Assembly (NCBI GenBank): GCA_021371995.1
Contig: JAJFVA010000018.1
Span: 38,511-102,510, forward strand
Length of the DNA: 64,000 bases
Direction: 5' to 3'
Source of the DNA: Methanoregulaceae archaeon
Lineage (GTDB): Archaea; Halobacteriota; Methanomicrobia; Methanomicrobiales; Methanospirillaceae
Shown here: positions 28,199 to 37,377 of the stretch, one piece after another
Layout of the letters: each line of letters begins with the position of its first letter
How positions within the stretch are numbered: the stretch's first letter is position 1
The notes under the pieces: generated by a model
Told to the model about the DNA's origin: nothing
What the model saw: only the letters and a program-made list of their open reading frames with translations
The model's database searches: none
Made by a program: the position numbers and the translations under genes

Positions 28199-29053
28199 AT
28201 GAAGTCCTACTGGTTTTTGGACCGGGAAGGTGGGACATGTCATTCCATGCCGCGTGATCCGGGAATCCTGGTGGAGTGGGTTCAGGAACTCGCCGGGAGC
28301 GGGGTTGCAGACATGCCGGAATGGGAGTGGGCGGTGCAGTGCGGATTTGTAAAAGACCGGTCAGAATATCTTGACATTCTGCATACGACAGCAATGCATC
28401 TGGCAGGAATCCTTCTTGAAAGGGAGTTAAAGGCGGATCATCCGGAGTTGATCCTGATGGTGAAGATGCTTGACCAGATCGACTCTGTCATTAACCTCCT
28501 CTCGGAAAGGGCAGTGGAATGGTATCGCGTGCTCAATCCTGAATTCAGCCGCAAGTCAGCACTTCCCCAGGGCAGAAAACTGCGTGATCTGATGAGGGAA
28601 GGATCGGTCGATGCACTGAGGGAAATCCTCGATGAGATAGACCAGCTTGCAGAGCGCCGCTCGCTTCTTGCAAAAAGGGTTTCTGCAAAGGCAGCCGGGG
28701 TTCTCCCGAACTGCAGTGCGCTCTCTGGGGGGCTGGTGGCTGCACGCCTTGCTGCCGAAGCAGGGGGTATCCGGAATCTCTCTATGATGCCGGGAAGTGC
28801 CATCCAGGTGCTTGGTGCAAGAAATGCTCTGTTCTGCCACCTTGCCACCGGATCACCCCCGCCTAAACACGGGCTGGTCTACCAGTACAGCGGGGTGCAC
28901 GGGTCCAGGAAAGAGAAACGTGGAAAGGTAGCGAGGACTCTTGCCGCAAAACTTGCGATTGCTGCACGGATCGATTATTATCGGGGAGAACTTGACCCCA
29001 TGTTTATTACAAAGGCAAAAGAAGCAATCCGTAGTGCCGGGAGAGGTCCATGA
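28199..29053 (+). CDS. nop5: C/D box sRNP core protein Nop5 (Nop56/58)
   Basis: 284 aa with the Nop domain (LSMMPGSAIQVLGA..ALF.HL..G..PPKHGL....RGKVAR.LA.K.AIAARID). It overlaps fibrillarin by 4 nt. Confidence 0.9.
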   Translation: MKSYWFLDREGGTCHSMPRDPGILVEWVQELAGSGVADMPEWEWAVQCGFVKDRSEYLDILHTTAMHLAGILLERELKADHPELILMVKMLDQIDSVINLLSERAVEWYRVLNPEFSRKSALPQGRKLRDLMREGSVDALREILDEIDQLAERRSLLAKRVSAKAAGVLPNCSALSGGLVAARLAAEAGGIRNLSMMPGSAIQVLGARNALFCHLATGSPPPKHGLVYQYSGVHGSRKEKRGKVARTLAAKLAIAARIDYYRGELDPMFITKAKEAIRSAGRGP

Positions 29054-29652
29054 TCTGGATAGGGGGCCAGCTTGTTTCAGAGGGCCCGGGAGGTGTCTAC
29101 GGAGAAAGGATGATCGGGGGATACCGTCACTGGAGCCCAAAGAGGAGCAAGCTATCAGCCCTCTATTACCTTGGAAGGGGTGTCGAACTTGAAAAACACC
29201 ACAGGGTTCTATACCTGGGAGCAGCAAACGGGACTACCGTATCACATGTTGCCGATTATGTGGAGGTCGTCTATGCAGTTGAACCGGCACCAAGGCCGAT
29301 GCAGGATCTCCTCGTTGTGGCCCAGAAGCGCAGAAATATTATTCCCCTCATGGCCGATGCACGAACACCTTCACAGTATCTGCCGCTGGTGGAGAAGGTC
29401 GATATCATTTACCAGGATGTGGCCCAGCCCGACCAGGTGAAAATACTGCTTACAAATGCCGGTTTTCTCGCACCGGACGGTGTCATGGTGTTTATGCTTA
29501 AGCCCCGGAGCGTCGATGTTACCCGGTCCCCTGCTGATGTGGCAGCAACTGTCGAGGAAGGCCTGAGCAGCGGAGGTATTCATACGGACGGGTGCATCTG
29601 GCTCTCCCCCTATTACCCTGACCATGCAGCGCTGATCTGCACTCCGGAATGA
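29050..29652 (+). CDS. flpA: fibrillarin-like rRNA/tRNA 2'-O-methyltransferase
   Basis: 200 aa with YR.W.P.RSKL and the SAM motif VLYLGAANGTTVSHVAD. Confidence 0.92.
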   Translation: MIWIGGQLVSEGPGGVYGERMIGGYRHWSPKRSKLSALYYLGRGVELEKHHRVLYLGAANGTTVSHVADYVEVVYAVEPAPRPMQDLLVVAQKRRNIIPLMADARTPSQYLPLVEKVDIIYQDVAQPDQVKILLTNAGFLAPDGVMVFMLKPRSVDVTRSPADVAATVEEGLSSGGIHTDGCIWLSPYYPDHAALICTPE

Positions 29653-29854
29653 AACCGGAAAACGATAAGGAAATAAGAGGGAAATTAGAAGGGAGGAATT
29701 AGAAAAAACAGCCTCTCCCTTCCATTATAAGGGGGTAATCATCACAACCTCGTCTTACAGATATCGTATCATAACGTACTTGCGGGCTGAAAGAGAGCAG
29801 GATCGGATGAATAATGAGCAACTGTCTTGGAACACAGCAGGAATAGAAAATTAA

Positions 29855-29927
29855 TAGCCCGGAGCAGATTCGAACTGCTGTCGCGGGATCCAGAGTCCCG
29901 CATGATTGACCGCTACACTACCGGGCT
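29855..29927 (-). tRNA. tRNA-Gln (CTG)
   Basis: The reverse complement is AGCCCGGTAGTGTAGCGGTCAATCATGCGGGACTCTGGATCCCGCGACAGCAGTTCGAATCTGCTCCGGGCTA, with anticodon loop CTCTGGA. Confidence 0.9.
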
Positions 29928-29991
29928 ATGACACCCTATTTTATTGCTGCTTTCTCCTAATTAATCTGACTGATTGGAGCCTGGTCCGTGC

Positions 29992-30705
29992 TCACTTGCT
30001 GCATTTTCCGCACACCCTGCAGACCTCTTCAATGGGTTTAATATAATTCCCCTTTCCGCAGAATGGTTCGATGTCATCCACATCCCGCTTGTAATAGACA
30101 TGTGGTATCAGGGAGATGTGGGTGTAGGGGCCGCATGGGAGTCCCAGATGGTCTGCAATATACTTCTGGAGATGTACAAGGGCATACATGTTCGCTCCTG
30201 CAGCAGTAAGCATGTCATTGCTCCTGAACACCACCTTCATGGAGAGACGCTCGTCCCTGACGAGGCATTGCACCAGCTGGAGACAGGGGCAGTCATCGAG
30301 CTGCTCATCGACATACGGGTTCCAGGTCACTGCGATGGCCCTCCTGCTGACGGGTGATGTCGCAAGTTTGCGGGCAATATAGGCCACCTGGTCGATATGA
30401 AGTTCATTCCCGTTTGCCATCAGTGGTGCTCCCCAGTTATAGAGGCGGTCATGGTAATCGTACTCGAATACGGCAGCAGTCCCGTTCAGGAGGTCCTTGG
30501 CATACTTTTCCATGAATTTTCTTGAGAACCGCGAGTGGGGGCTCACCATGGGCTCGGTATCAGGATGCTCGACCCGCATGGCAACCTCATCAAATTCAAT
30601 AGTAGCCTCATCATCCTCCGTGTCAAGCACCCGCCCCTTCTCAAGCACCATTTTTACTGCCAGCTCGTGGGCGGTACCGATGGAGGGTGCCCTGATAATC
30701 CGCAT
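29992..30705 (-). CDS. thyA: thymidylate synthase (archaeal ThyA-type)
   Basis: ORF 29992..30975 trimmed to MRIIRAPSIGTAHEL. The active-site region reads DDCPCLQLVQCLV..RSNDM. The 90-codon upstream in-frame extension is pyrimidine-codon junk from a polypurine tract. Confidence 0.8.
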   Translation of the reverse strand: MRIIRAPSIGTAHELAVKMVLEKGRVLDTEDDEATIEFDEVAMRVEHPDTEPMVSPHSRFSRKFMEKYAKDLLNGTAAVFEYDYHDRLYNWGAPLMANGNELHIDQVAYIARKLATSPVSRRAIAVTWNPYVDEQLDDCPCLQLVQCLVRDERLSMKVVFRSNDMLTAAGANMYALVHLQKYIADHLGLPCGPYTHISLIPHVYYKRDVDDIEPFCGKGNYIKPIEEVCRVCGKCSK

Positions 30706-31121
30706 ATGGATACCTATGCAGAACACAGGAATGTAAAGATATGGAATTAGAACTGTGTTCAGTGCATCAGGATTGGGGAATAGAAACGAATACAAGCGAG
30801 GTAATCTGCCAGTAAGATCGGAAAAAGGGCAAACAAATGGGACAAAAAGAATTGTCAGGCGGGGGATGAAATGGAAGATGATGAACACTATGAATAAAGG
30901 AAAGGATTTGAAGGAAAAAGAAAATAATTGAATTAAATAAAGCAATGAATATAATTCCTGCCAGAATTCCGGCAATGCGCGAGCAGTATCTTAAGCTGTG
31001 CATTAACCACGTTTATGTACGTAGGGAGTAAAGTATGCAGAGAAGCGGGAAATAAGGCGTTTTTTTCTCCCAATCACCGATTTTATCCCCAGAAGGCCCG
31101 CTTATTCCCCTGTATCCGACC

Positions 31122-31137
31122 AAAAAAGATATATTAA
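31122..31137 (+). promoter_or_regulatory. putative BRE/TATA element of the S-layer gene
   Basis: AAAAAAGATATATTAA lies about 145 nt upstream of the ATG at 31281, which implies a long 5' UTR. An AGGAGG Shine-Dalgarno sequence lies 6 nt before the ATG. Confidence 0.4.
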
Positions 31138-31280
31138 GTGTTCCACAAATATTGAATCATATTCCGTTATTCGGAGTATGGAGCACAATGAACCGGTATT
31201 CGGCAATTGCCGACAACCGTTCGGGACCTGTGCATTGGATTGAACGTTTCAAATTGGACATGAGTATAAGGAGGACAAAG

Positions 31281-33791
31281 ATGACTAAGCGCTTTAGCCT
31301 TGCACTGATTGCTCTGGTAGCACTCGTGATGCTGATTCTTCCGGCATCCGCAGCGGTGAACCAGATTGGTGCGGGCGGAGATGTGTTCATCGGTGAAGAA
31401 AACCTTGATGTAACTGCCGCCGTAACTGCGGCAAACATTGCATGGTTTGCATCAGGGACCAACCCCAACACCGACACACCGAACTATATTGTAGCTGTGG
31501 GTAACCCCGCAAGCTTCTATGTTGCCCCTGCTGACTTTGTCGGAAGGACCGGCAACTGGTACAACTGGAACGGAGCCAACGTGGGTGTGGCAATCAATGT
31601 TGTCGACCCCAACATCGACATCAAGGTGTGGGACCAGAACGCCAACAAGGATGTCACCGGCAAGCAGGTTCCAGCAGGCAATGTCGAGAACTTCAGGGTT
31701 GAGACCAACACCTATTCCGTTGTGAACAGGCCTAACTATGCAGGTGAGGGTTTTGTCAACATCAAGGTGAAGACCTCTGATGGCGCCACCTACACAGCAT
31801 TGCAGAACCCGAGCGGCGGTACAAATGCGCTGACAGGCCAGGCTGTTGACAGCTCACTCTGGTACTGGGTCGAGCCCGCTGGCAGCACCACCGTTGGGTG
31901 GGACACCGCTGCTACCGATGCTGCAAACTCCCGCTTGTATAAAGCAGGTACCTACACGGTAAGTGCAGAGCTCAACCTCAACAAGATCAAAGACAACTAC
32001 AAGGCTCCTGACGGCACCGACTACACCGGTAAGACCGTGACCGCGCTCAAGACCATTGCGATCACAGGCGACACCGTGAAGATCGAGGCTTCCAAGGATA
32101 CCGTAGTCCGTGGCAACCAGTTCTCCGTGACTGTCACTGGCAGGGCAAACGAGTTCTACTATGTATGGGTCAAGGGAACCGGCACGATGTCCGGATTAGC
32201 CGGCGACCAGCCCCCGTTGATGGCGGCAAACCAGGACAACGTTGCAAACGATCCTGTAGCTGGACCGTATACCATCGGTGCCTACGTCTATGAGGGTGGC
32301 GCAGGCCAGACCATCAAGGAAGACGTACCAACTGCCCCGAGCAATGGTGTCTACTACTATGCAAAGATCAAGACATCATCCAGTGGGACCCGTACCATCG
32401 GATTCCTGACCGGCGCAGACACTGACGACAAGAAGTACACCATCCGTGTTGAGAACAACTTCGGTGGCCAGTACAAGTCCGATGAGGTCGATGTGAAAGT
32501 CGAGAAGGGAACCGTGACGGTTGTCGCAGCAGGTGACCAGAGCTACTTCCTTGGACAGGAGATCAAACTCTCCGGTACTAACTCCGAGACCGACAGCGTG
32601 TACATGTTCATCACCGGTCCGAACCTGCCCGCAAACGGCGGACTTCTGACCGACCCAAGGACCGCGGTTAATCCGTTCGTTATTCCCCCGTCATTCACCA
32701 CCACTGATGTGAACGATGACAACACCTGGGAGTACAAGTGGCAGACCGCCAACCTCAACATCGATGCAGGGACCTACACTGTGTATGCAGTCGCAACCCC
32801 GAACGCCAAGGATGACCTGGCCGGTACCCAGTATGGCACCGTTTCAGTCATTATCAGGAAGCCGTTCGTAACCGCACAGGCATCCCAGAGCACCGTTGCA
32901 CAGGGAGACAAGTTATATGTCCGTGGTGTTGCAGAAGGGCAGCCCTCTGATGGTGTTGCCATCTGGGTCATGGGTAAGAACTACGCTACAGCCAACACTG
33001 AAAGCGTAAATGACGATGGAACCTTCGAGTATGAAATCGGTGGAGACCTTACTTCCGGCATGACCAGCGGACAGTACTTCGTCGTCGTCCAGCACCCGAT
33101 GTATAACGACAAGTTCGATGTCTACGTCAATGGTGACTATGTTGTCGGACCCTATCCAACGGCCAATTCGAACATCTTCAAGCTCTATGGATCCGGCAGC
33201 CTGCAGGGATCTGATGCGGCTAACGCACTCACCGTTGCACTCGACAACCCGAGCGTAGACGACACCTACACCAAGCTCCAGTTCCTGGTAGAGGTACCTG
33301 AGATCAAGATTCTCCCGGTCACAGAGAAGATGATCGGAGACAAGTTCGAGGTCAAGGGAACCACCAACCTGGCTGTCGATGACGAGCTGCTCGTTGAGAT
33401 CTACTCCTCCTCGTTCGGACCAACCCCGAAGGAGCAGACCGGAGAATTCAGCGGCGCTTCAGGCACCGTGAAGGTTGTCAAGGGAACCGAGGGCTTCAAC
33501 ACATGGTCCTTCCCGGTTGACACTACTACCTTCAAAGCCGATGAGTACATCGTTCAGGTTTCCGCCATCGGCCTCGAGACCACCAACGATGTGACTGCCA
33601 CCACGCTGTTCAACGTAGTTGAATTCGTGCCGACCACAGTGCCGACCACTGTACCACCGACAACTGCTGTTAACACCACAGTGCCGACCACAGTGCCGAC
33701 CACCGTGCCGACCACCACCCCCGGATTTGGTGCACTTGTTGCGCTGATCGGGCTTGGAGCAGTGGCATTCCTCATCGTGCGCAAGCACTAA
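31281..33791 (+). CDS. major cell-surface (S-layer-type) glycoprotein with a signal peptide and PGF-CTERM sorting signal
   Basis: ORF 31152..33791 trimmed to the ATG preceded by AGGAGG (MTKRFSLALIALVALVMLILPASA). Many N-x-S/T sequons are present. A Thr/Pro linker is followed by TTPGFGALVALIGLGAVAFLIVRKH, which is PGF plus a TM helix plus a basic tail. Confidence 0.85.
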   Translation: MTKRFSLALIALVALVMLILPASAAVNQIGAGGDVFIGEENLDVTAAVTAANIAWFASGTNPNTDTPNYIVAVGNPASFYVAPADFVGRTGNWYNWNGANVGVAINVVDPNIDIKVWDQNANKDVTGKQVPAGNVENFRVETNTYSVVNRPNYAGEGFVNIKVKTSDGATYTALQNPSGGTNALTGQAVDSSLWYWVEPAGSTTVGWDTAATDAANSRLYKAGTYTVSAELNLNKIKDNYKAPDGTDYTGKTVTALKTIAITGDTVKIEASKDTVVRGNQFSVTVTGRANEFYYVWVKGTGTMSGLAGDQPPLMAANQDNVANDPVAGPYTIGAYVYEGGAGQTIKEDVPTAPSNGVYYYAKIKTSSSGTRTIGFLTGADTDDKKYTIRVENNFGGQYKSDEVDVKVEKGTVTVVAAGDQSYFLGQEIKLSGTNSETDSVYMFITGPNLPANGGLLTDPRTAVNPFVIPPSFTTTDVNDDNTWEYKWQTANLNIDAGTYTVYAVATPNAKDDLAGTQYGTVSVIIRKPFVTAQASQSTVAQGDKLYVRGVAEGQPSDGVAIWVMGKNYATANTESVNDDGTFEYEIGGDLTSGMTSGQYFVVVQHPMYNDKFDVYVNGDYVVGPYPTANSNIFKLYGSGSLQGSDAANALTVALDNPSVDDTYTKLQFLVEVPEIKILPVTEKMIGDKFEVKGTTNLAVDDELLVEIYSSSFGPTPKEQTGEFSGASGTVKVVKGTEGFNTWSFPVDTTTFKADEYIVQVSAIGLETTNDVTATTLFNVVEFVPTTVPTTVPPTTAVNTTVPTTVPTTVPTTTPGFGALVALIGLGAVAFLIVRKH
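33627..33719 (+). repeat. imperfect tandem 12-nt repeats (GTGCCGACCACA-like) encoding the (V/T)PTT linker of the S-layer protein
   Basis: VPTTVPTTVPPTTAVNTTVPTTVPTTVPTTTP, with the repeated GTGCCGACCAC units visible directly in the DNA. Confidence 0.8.
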
Positions 33792-33804
33792 ACACAAAAA
33801 TCCC

Positions 33805-33811
33805 TTTTTTT
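33805..33811 (+). terminator. oligo-T terminator after the S-layer gene
   Basis: CCC followed by seven T, 14 nt after the stop codon. Confidence 0.5.
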
Positions 33812-34062
33812 CAAAGCGTTACTTCTGGTACTTGCCGATTTCCGTGGCTCTTGGATTGATAGTATCAGCAGGATCCGGGCACTGCAAAAACAGCGGGTCT
33901 TGGTATTTCCTGTTTTCCTGGAAATCCATGGTCAGGGTCAAGGCAAATCCGCGATAAAAAAGAGCATATAGAGGCATCCCCCAGATGATTATAGCGTCCG
34001 CTCTATAACCAGGCAAATTCTGGCACTAAGTGGGATGCCCGGAATACAGGAACTGCAGTATC

Positions 34063-35589
34063 ATGAAACTGAACGTAAAATTGATCGATATCGGGACAAG
34101 GGAGGTACTCCTTAATATAGGGGATGCCCGGAGCATCGGTGTCCTTGCGGGTGACCGGGTCCAGATTCTCAACCAGAAGACCGGGATCTCCCTTGCAGCG
34201 TTTGTAGATACCACCACTTCCTTAATACCCGAAGGAGTTGTCGGTGTCTACCGGGTTACCAACGAGAAGCTGGGTGTTGAAGAAGGGGCATCGGTGGAAG
34301 TCAGGATTGCAGAACGGCCGGTCTCTCTCCAGTATATCAGGAAAAAAATGGATGGGATACGTCTTACGAAGGAGGAGACCTACGAGATTGTCAAGGACGT
34401 CGTGAACGAAGACCTTACCCCTGCCGAACTCACCGCCTACATTACCGCCTGTTACATAAACTCCATGGATATGGACGAGGTGGAACATCTCACCCGTGCC
34501 ATGGTTGATACGGGAGAACGGCTCACGTTCCATACCCATCCGATAGTCGATAAACATTCTATCGGGGGAGTTCCCGGAAATAAAATCTCCCTTCTTGTTG
34601 TCCCCATCGTTGCAGCAAGCGGCCTGAAGATCCCAAAGACCAGTTCGCGCGCAATCACCGGAGCCGGAGGGACAGCTGACCTGATGGAGGTTCTTGCACC
34701 GGTAGAGTTCTCAGCAGCTGAAGTCCAGAAGATGACCCTGAAGGTAGGAGGGGCAATTGTATGGGGGGGAGCGACCAATATCGCACCTGCTGATGATCAT
34801 ATCATCATTCAGGAATACCCATTCCGGATCGATGCCCGTGGTCAGATGCTTGCCAGCGTGATGGCCAAGAAATTTGCCGTTGGAGCTGACCTCGTTGTCA
34901 TCGATATTCCTGTAGGCGAGCATGCAAAAGTCACGAATGTACAGGAAGGCCGGAAACTGGCGCGGGAGTTCATTGACATTGGTGAGAGGCTGAACATGCG
35001 TGTCGAGTGCGCCCTGACATATGGGGATTCTCCAGTCGGAAGAAGCATCGGCCCGAACCTCGAGGTGAGCGAAGCGCTTCGTATTTTAGAAGGAGGTGAT
35101 GAGCCGGGCTCCCTCCTCCAGAAGAGTATAGCCATTGCAGGAATTGCCCTTGAGATGTCCGGCAAGGCTGCCCACGGGATGGGGAGCAAGCTTGCTCTTG
35201 ATATTATTAAAAGCGGGGATGCACTGAAAAAATTCAAAGAGATCATTGCCATCCAGGGAGGAGACCCAAAGGTGAAGTCTGATGATATAGTCCCCGGAAA
35301 GTACGAGTTTGTGGTCAATGCACCATCCGATGGCTACGTGATCGAGATGAACAACCAGTCGCTCATCAGCCTTGCACGATCCGCCGGGGCACCCCATGAA
35401 CACGGTGCAGGAATACTGCTCCATGCCAAGAAGGGAAGCCGGGTCGAGAAAGGGGAGCCCATATTCACCATTTACGCCGAGCGGAACTGGCGGCTCCAGA
35501 AAGCAGTCGAGGAAGGACGCCGGCTGATGCCGGTTCTGGTAGAGGGGATGCTCCTTGACCGTGTTCCGCACGAGTCAAAATGGGAGTGA
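34063..35589 (+). CDS. deoA: AMP phosphorylase (archaeal thymidine-phosphorylase family, DeoA-type)
   Basis: ORF 34030..35589 trimmed to [12 protein letters not shown]. Its length of about 508 aa includes the extra N-terminal domain characteristic of archaeal AMP phosphorylases. The motif [12 protein letters not shown] is present. Confidence 0.8.
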   Translation: MKLNVKLIDIGTREVLLNIGDARSIGVLAGDRVQILNQKTGISLAAFVDTTTSLIPEGVVGVYRVTNEKLGVEEGASVEVRIAERPVSLQYIRKKMDGIRLTKEETYEIVKDVVNEDLTPAELTAYITACYINSMDMDEVEHLTRAMVDTGERLTFHTHPIVDKHSIGGVPGNKISLLVVPIVAASGLKIPKTSSRAITGAGGTADLMEVLAPVEFSAAEVQKMTLKVGGAIVWGGATNIAPADDHIIIQEYPFRIDARGQMLASVMAKKFAVGADLVVIDIPVGEHAKVTNVQEGRKLAREFIDIGERLNMRVECALTYGDSPVGRSIGPNLEVSEALRILEGGDEPGSLLQKSIAIAGIALEMSGKAAHGMGSKLALDIIKSGDALKKFKEIIAIQGGDPKVKSDDIVPGKYEFVVNAPSDGYVIEMNNQSLISLARSAGAPHEHGAGILLHAKKGSRVEKGEPIFTIYAERNWRLQKAVEEGRRLMPVLVEGMLLDRVPHESKWE

Positions 35590-35684
35590 AGTGCGAAATC
35601 TGACCATAAATCCGGTCCTTTTTTAACATCTTCGTCTCTCAAGTGACAACCAATTTTATACCAGATCACCACCGATATCAGACT

Positions 35685-37073
35685 ATGCCGAGATGCGGAG
35701 ATTATCTCTTCATTGCCATCTTCTCTGTGCTTATCTTAACAGGGAGCGCCTGCGGGGCAGCCGTTCTTGTACAGGTCTTTGAAAAGGAGGAGAATATCAC
35801 CCCCGTAGAGGGAGCTCTTGTATATGCCAATAACACCCTGGTCGGAAAGACGGATGATACAGGTACCGTTGAGGTCTTCTCTCCGGGCACTGAAGTGATA
35901 CCCCTTACAGTCGAGAAATTCGGGTATGATGCGTGGGAGGGGGATATAGGTACAAACACCACCCAAATCCTCGTGGACTTACAAAAGACCAAGATTACCC
36001 TTTCAGTTCATCTGTATGATGCCGACACTATGGATCCTGTTCCCGGCGTGAGTGTAACTCTCGAAGGGGACGGATCAGAAAGTACCGTTGCATCGGACTC
36101 GAACGGGACTGCCGGGTTTATCGTCCAGGCAAGGAAATCCTACCGGATAGTGACTAATGCAGAGCATTATCAGCCCGTCAGTATGGCAGTTGATGTGGGG
36201 ATTTCAGGGAAAGATGTGCAGGTTATGCTCTTCCGGGATGACCGGTTCTCTATCGTAGTAAAAGACGGAGATTCGGGAGCCCCTCTGTCAGGAGCCCGGT
36301 TATTTGTCGAAGGGATTGAGAAAGGAATCACGGATAATAAAGGGGTGCTGACTCTTCCGATGCCGAGAGGGAAGGTGTACCTGATCAGAGTCGTGATGGA
36401 CGGTTACCAGGACTATAACGGCCGGCAAATCGTTGAGAGCGATACAGCATTTCTCACCATCCCCATCACAAAAGCCCCTTTCACGATCTTTGTCTCGGCA
36501 TACAATGAAGAAAATAATCCCGTGGAAGGTGCCCTTGTCCTTGTCGATAATGTCACTGCAGGAACGACCAGCCGTTACGGGCGGGCTGTCCTCATGAATC
36601 TCACTGCAGGCCGGTATCTCCTGGAGGTGCAGCATCCCGGGTATGTTCCGGCCAGGCAGCCTCTGACAGTGGCAGTACAGGGAGAGGATATCATCACTGA
36701 GCTCCTGTATCAGAAGGAGAACATCACCATCAGGACCATTGAAGGCTCGTCCAGCCCAGTTCCCTCTGTGAAGATCAGCCTGAATGGTGAGGAAGCGGGG
36801 TTCACCAATGACAGGGGCACACTTCCCCTCCTTATGCGAGTGAACCTGTCGTATACGATAACGGCAGAGAAGGAAGGGTATCACCAATCGATTGTCAACC
36901 AGGAGATCAGTCCATCAAACAGGACCCCGTCCATCATAATACCGATGGAACGGAATTTCAACTGGATGCTGGTCGGTGTTGCGGGAATAGGAGTTGCAGC
37001 AGCTATTGGAGCCGTTCTTTTCTTCAGGCGACGTGCCAGCGGGAATTCGCATGGGAAACGTGGCGGTCTCTGA
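35685..37073 (+). CDS. cell-surface protein with five CarboxypepD_reg/PEGA-like beta-sandwich repeats and a C-terminal TM anchor
   Basis: ORF 35643..37073 (GTG) trimmed to ATG 35685 (MPRCGDYLFIAIFSVLILTGSA). A P(V)xGAxVxV..G.TD..G pattern recurs five times. Many N-x-S/T sequons are present, and the C terminus is a TM helix plus RRRASG. Confidence 0.7.
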   Translation: MPRCGDYLFIAIFSVLILTGSACGAAVLVQVFEKEENITPVEGALVYANNTLVGKTDDTGTVEVFSPGTEVIPLTVEKFGYDAWEGDIGTNTTQILVDLQKTKITLSVHLYDADTMDPVPGVSVTLEGDGSESTVASDSNGTAGFIVQARKSYRIVTNAEHYQPVSMAVDVGISGKDVQVMLFRDDRFSIVVKDGDSGAPLSGARLFVEGIEKGITDNKGVLTLPMPRGKVYLIRVVMDGYQDYNGRQIVESDTAFLTIPITKAPFTIFVSAYNEENNPVEGALVLVDNVTAGTTSRYGRAVLMNLTAGRYLLEVQHPGYVPARQPLTVAVQGEDIITELLYQKENITIRTIEGSSSPVPSVKISLNGEEAGFTNDRGTLPLLMRVNLSYTITAEKEGYHQSIVNQEISPSNRTPSIIIPMERNFNWMLVGVAGIGVAAAIGAVLFFRRRASGNSHGKRGGL

Positions 37074-37248
37074 TCTCTTCCCGATACAATTCCCTGTTTT
37101 TTCTTGAGAACTGGTTGCAGGGGGATCCTGGATCCCGTCATTGGAGTTCAGGTCAGGTCATATTATGAGAGGAAATGAAAAGGGGGCAATCCCCGCACAA
37201 TATTAAAAAAGAGGCCCGAAAGGTGCGTAGTCGTTCTGCCTATTAGAG

Positions 37249-37320
37249 CGGACCCAGCGGGAATTGAACCCGCGTCCCTGGGTCCGAAGCCCAGGAGGAT
37301 GTCCTCTACCCCATGGATCC
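37249..37320 (-). tRNA. tRNA-Arg (TCG)
   Basis: The reverse complement is GGATCCATGGGGTAGAGGACATCCTCCTGGGCTTCGGACCCAGGGACGCGGGTTCAATTCCCGCTGGGTCCG. Acceptor GGATCCA/TGGGTCC (one G-U pair), anticodon loop CTTCGGA, 4-nt variable loop. Confidence 0.8.
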
Positions 37321-37377
37321 GTCCCTCTCATTGGTATCATAAGATATTAAGCATTTTCCGGGATAGTACTGTACGAG

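Noticed and set aside
29701-29760. A possible C/D box sRNA on the minus strand downstream of fibrillarin, with a GTGATGA C-box-like heptamer.
   Set aside because: There is no proper D box (CTGT instead of CTGA). No C'/D' pair is present and the spacing is too short for guide regions. Other RUGAUGA-like strings in intergenic regions (43825 GGATGATCA, about 2065 AATGATGG on the minus strand) also lack the required GA or a partner CUGA.
29695-30752. The 10-nt direct repeat GGAATTAGAA at 29695-29704 and 30743-30752, flanking tRNA-Gln and thyA as a possible att-like pair.
   Set aside because: Both copies sit in purine/A-rich low-complexity tracts where such matches are expected by chance. There is no integrase, and the enclosed genes are core functions.
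30706-30975. A 90-codon in-frame hydrophobic N-terminal extension of thyA that looks like TM helices.
   Set aside because: It is produced by the complement of a polypurine tract, giving TTY/CTY/TCY/CCY codons. ThyA homology begins exactly at the internal Met (MRIIRAPSIG), and a membrane-anchored ThyA is implausible.
31152-31280. A 43-codon upstream extension of the S-layer ORF.
   Set aside because: The internal ATG at 31281 has a perfect AGGAGG Shine-Dalgarno and is followed by a canonical signal peptide. The upstream part is more likely 5' UTR.
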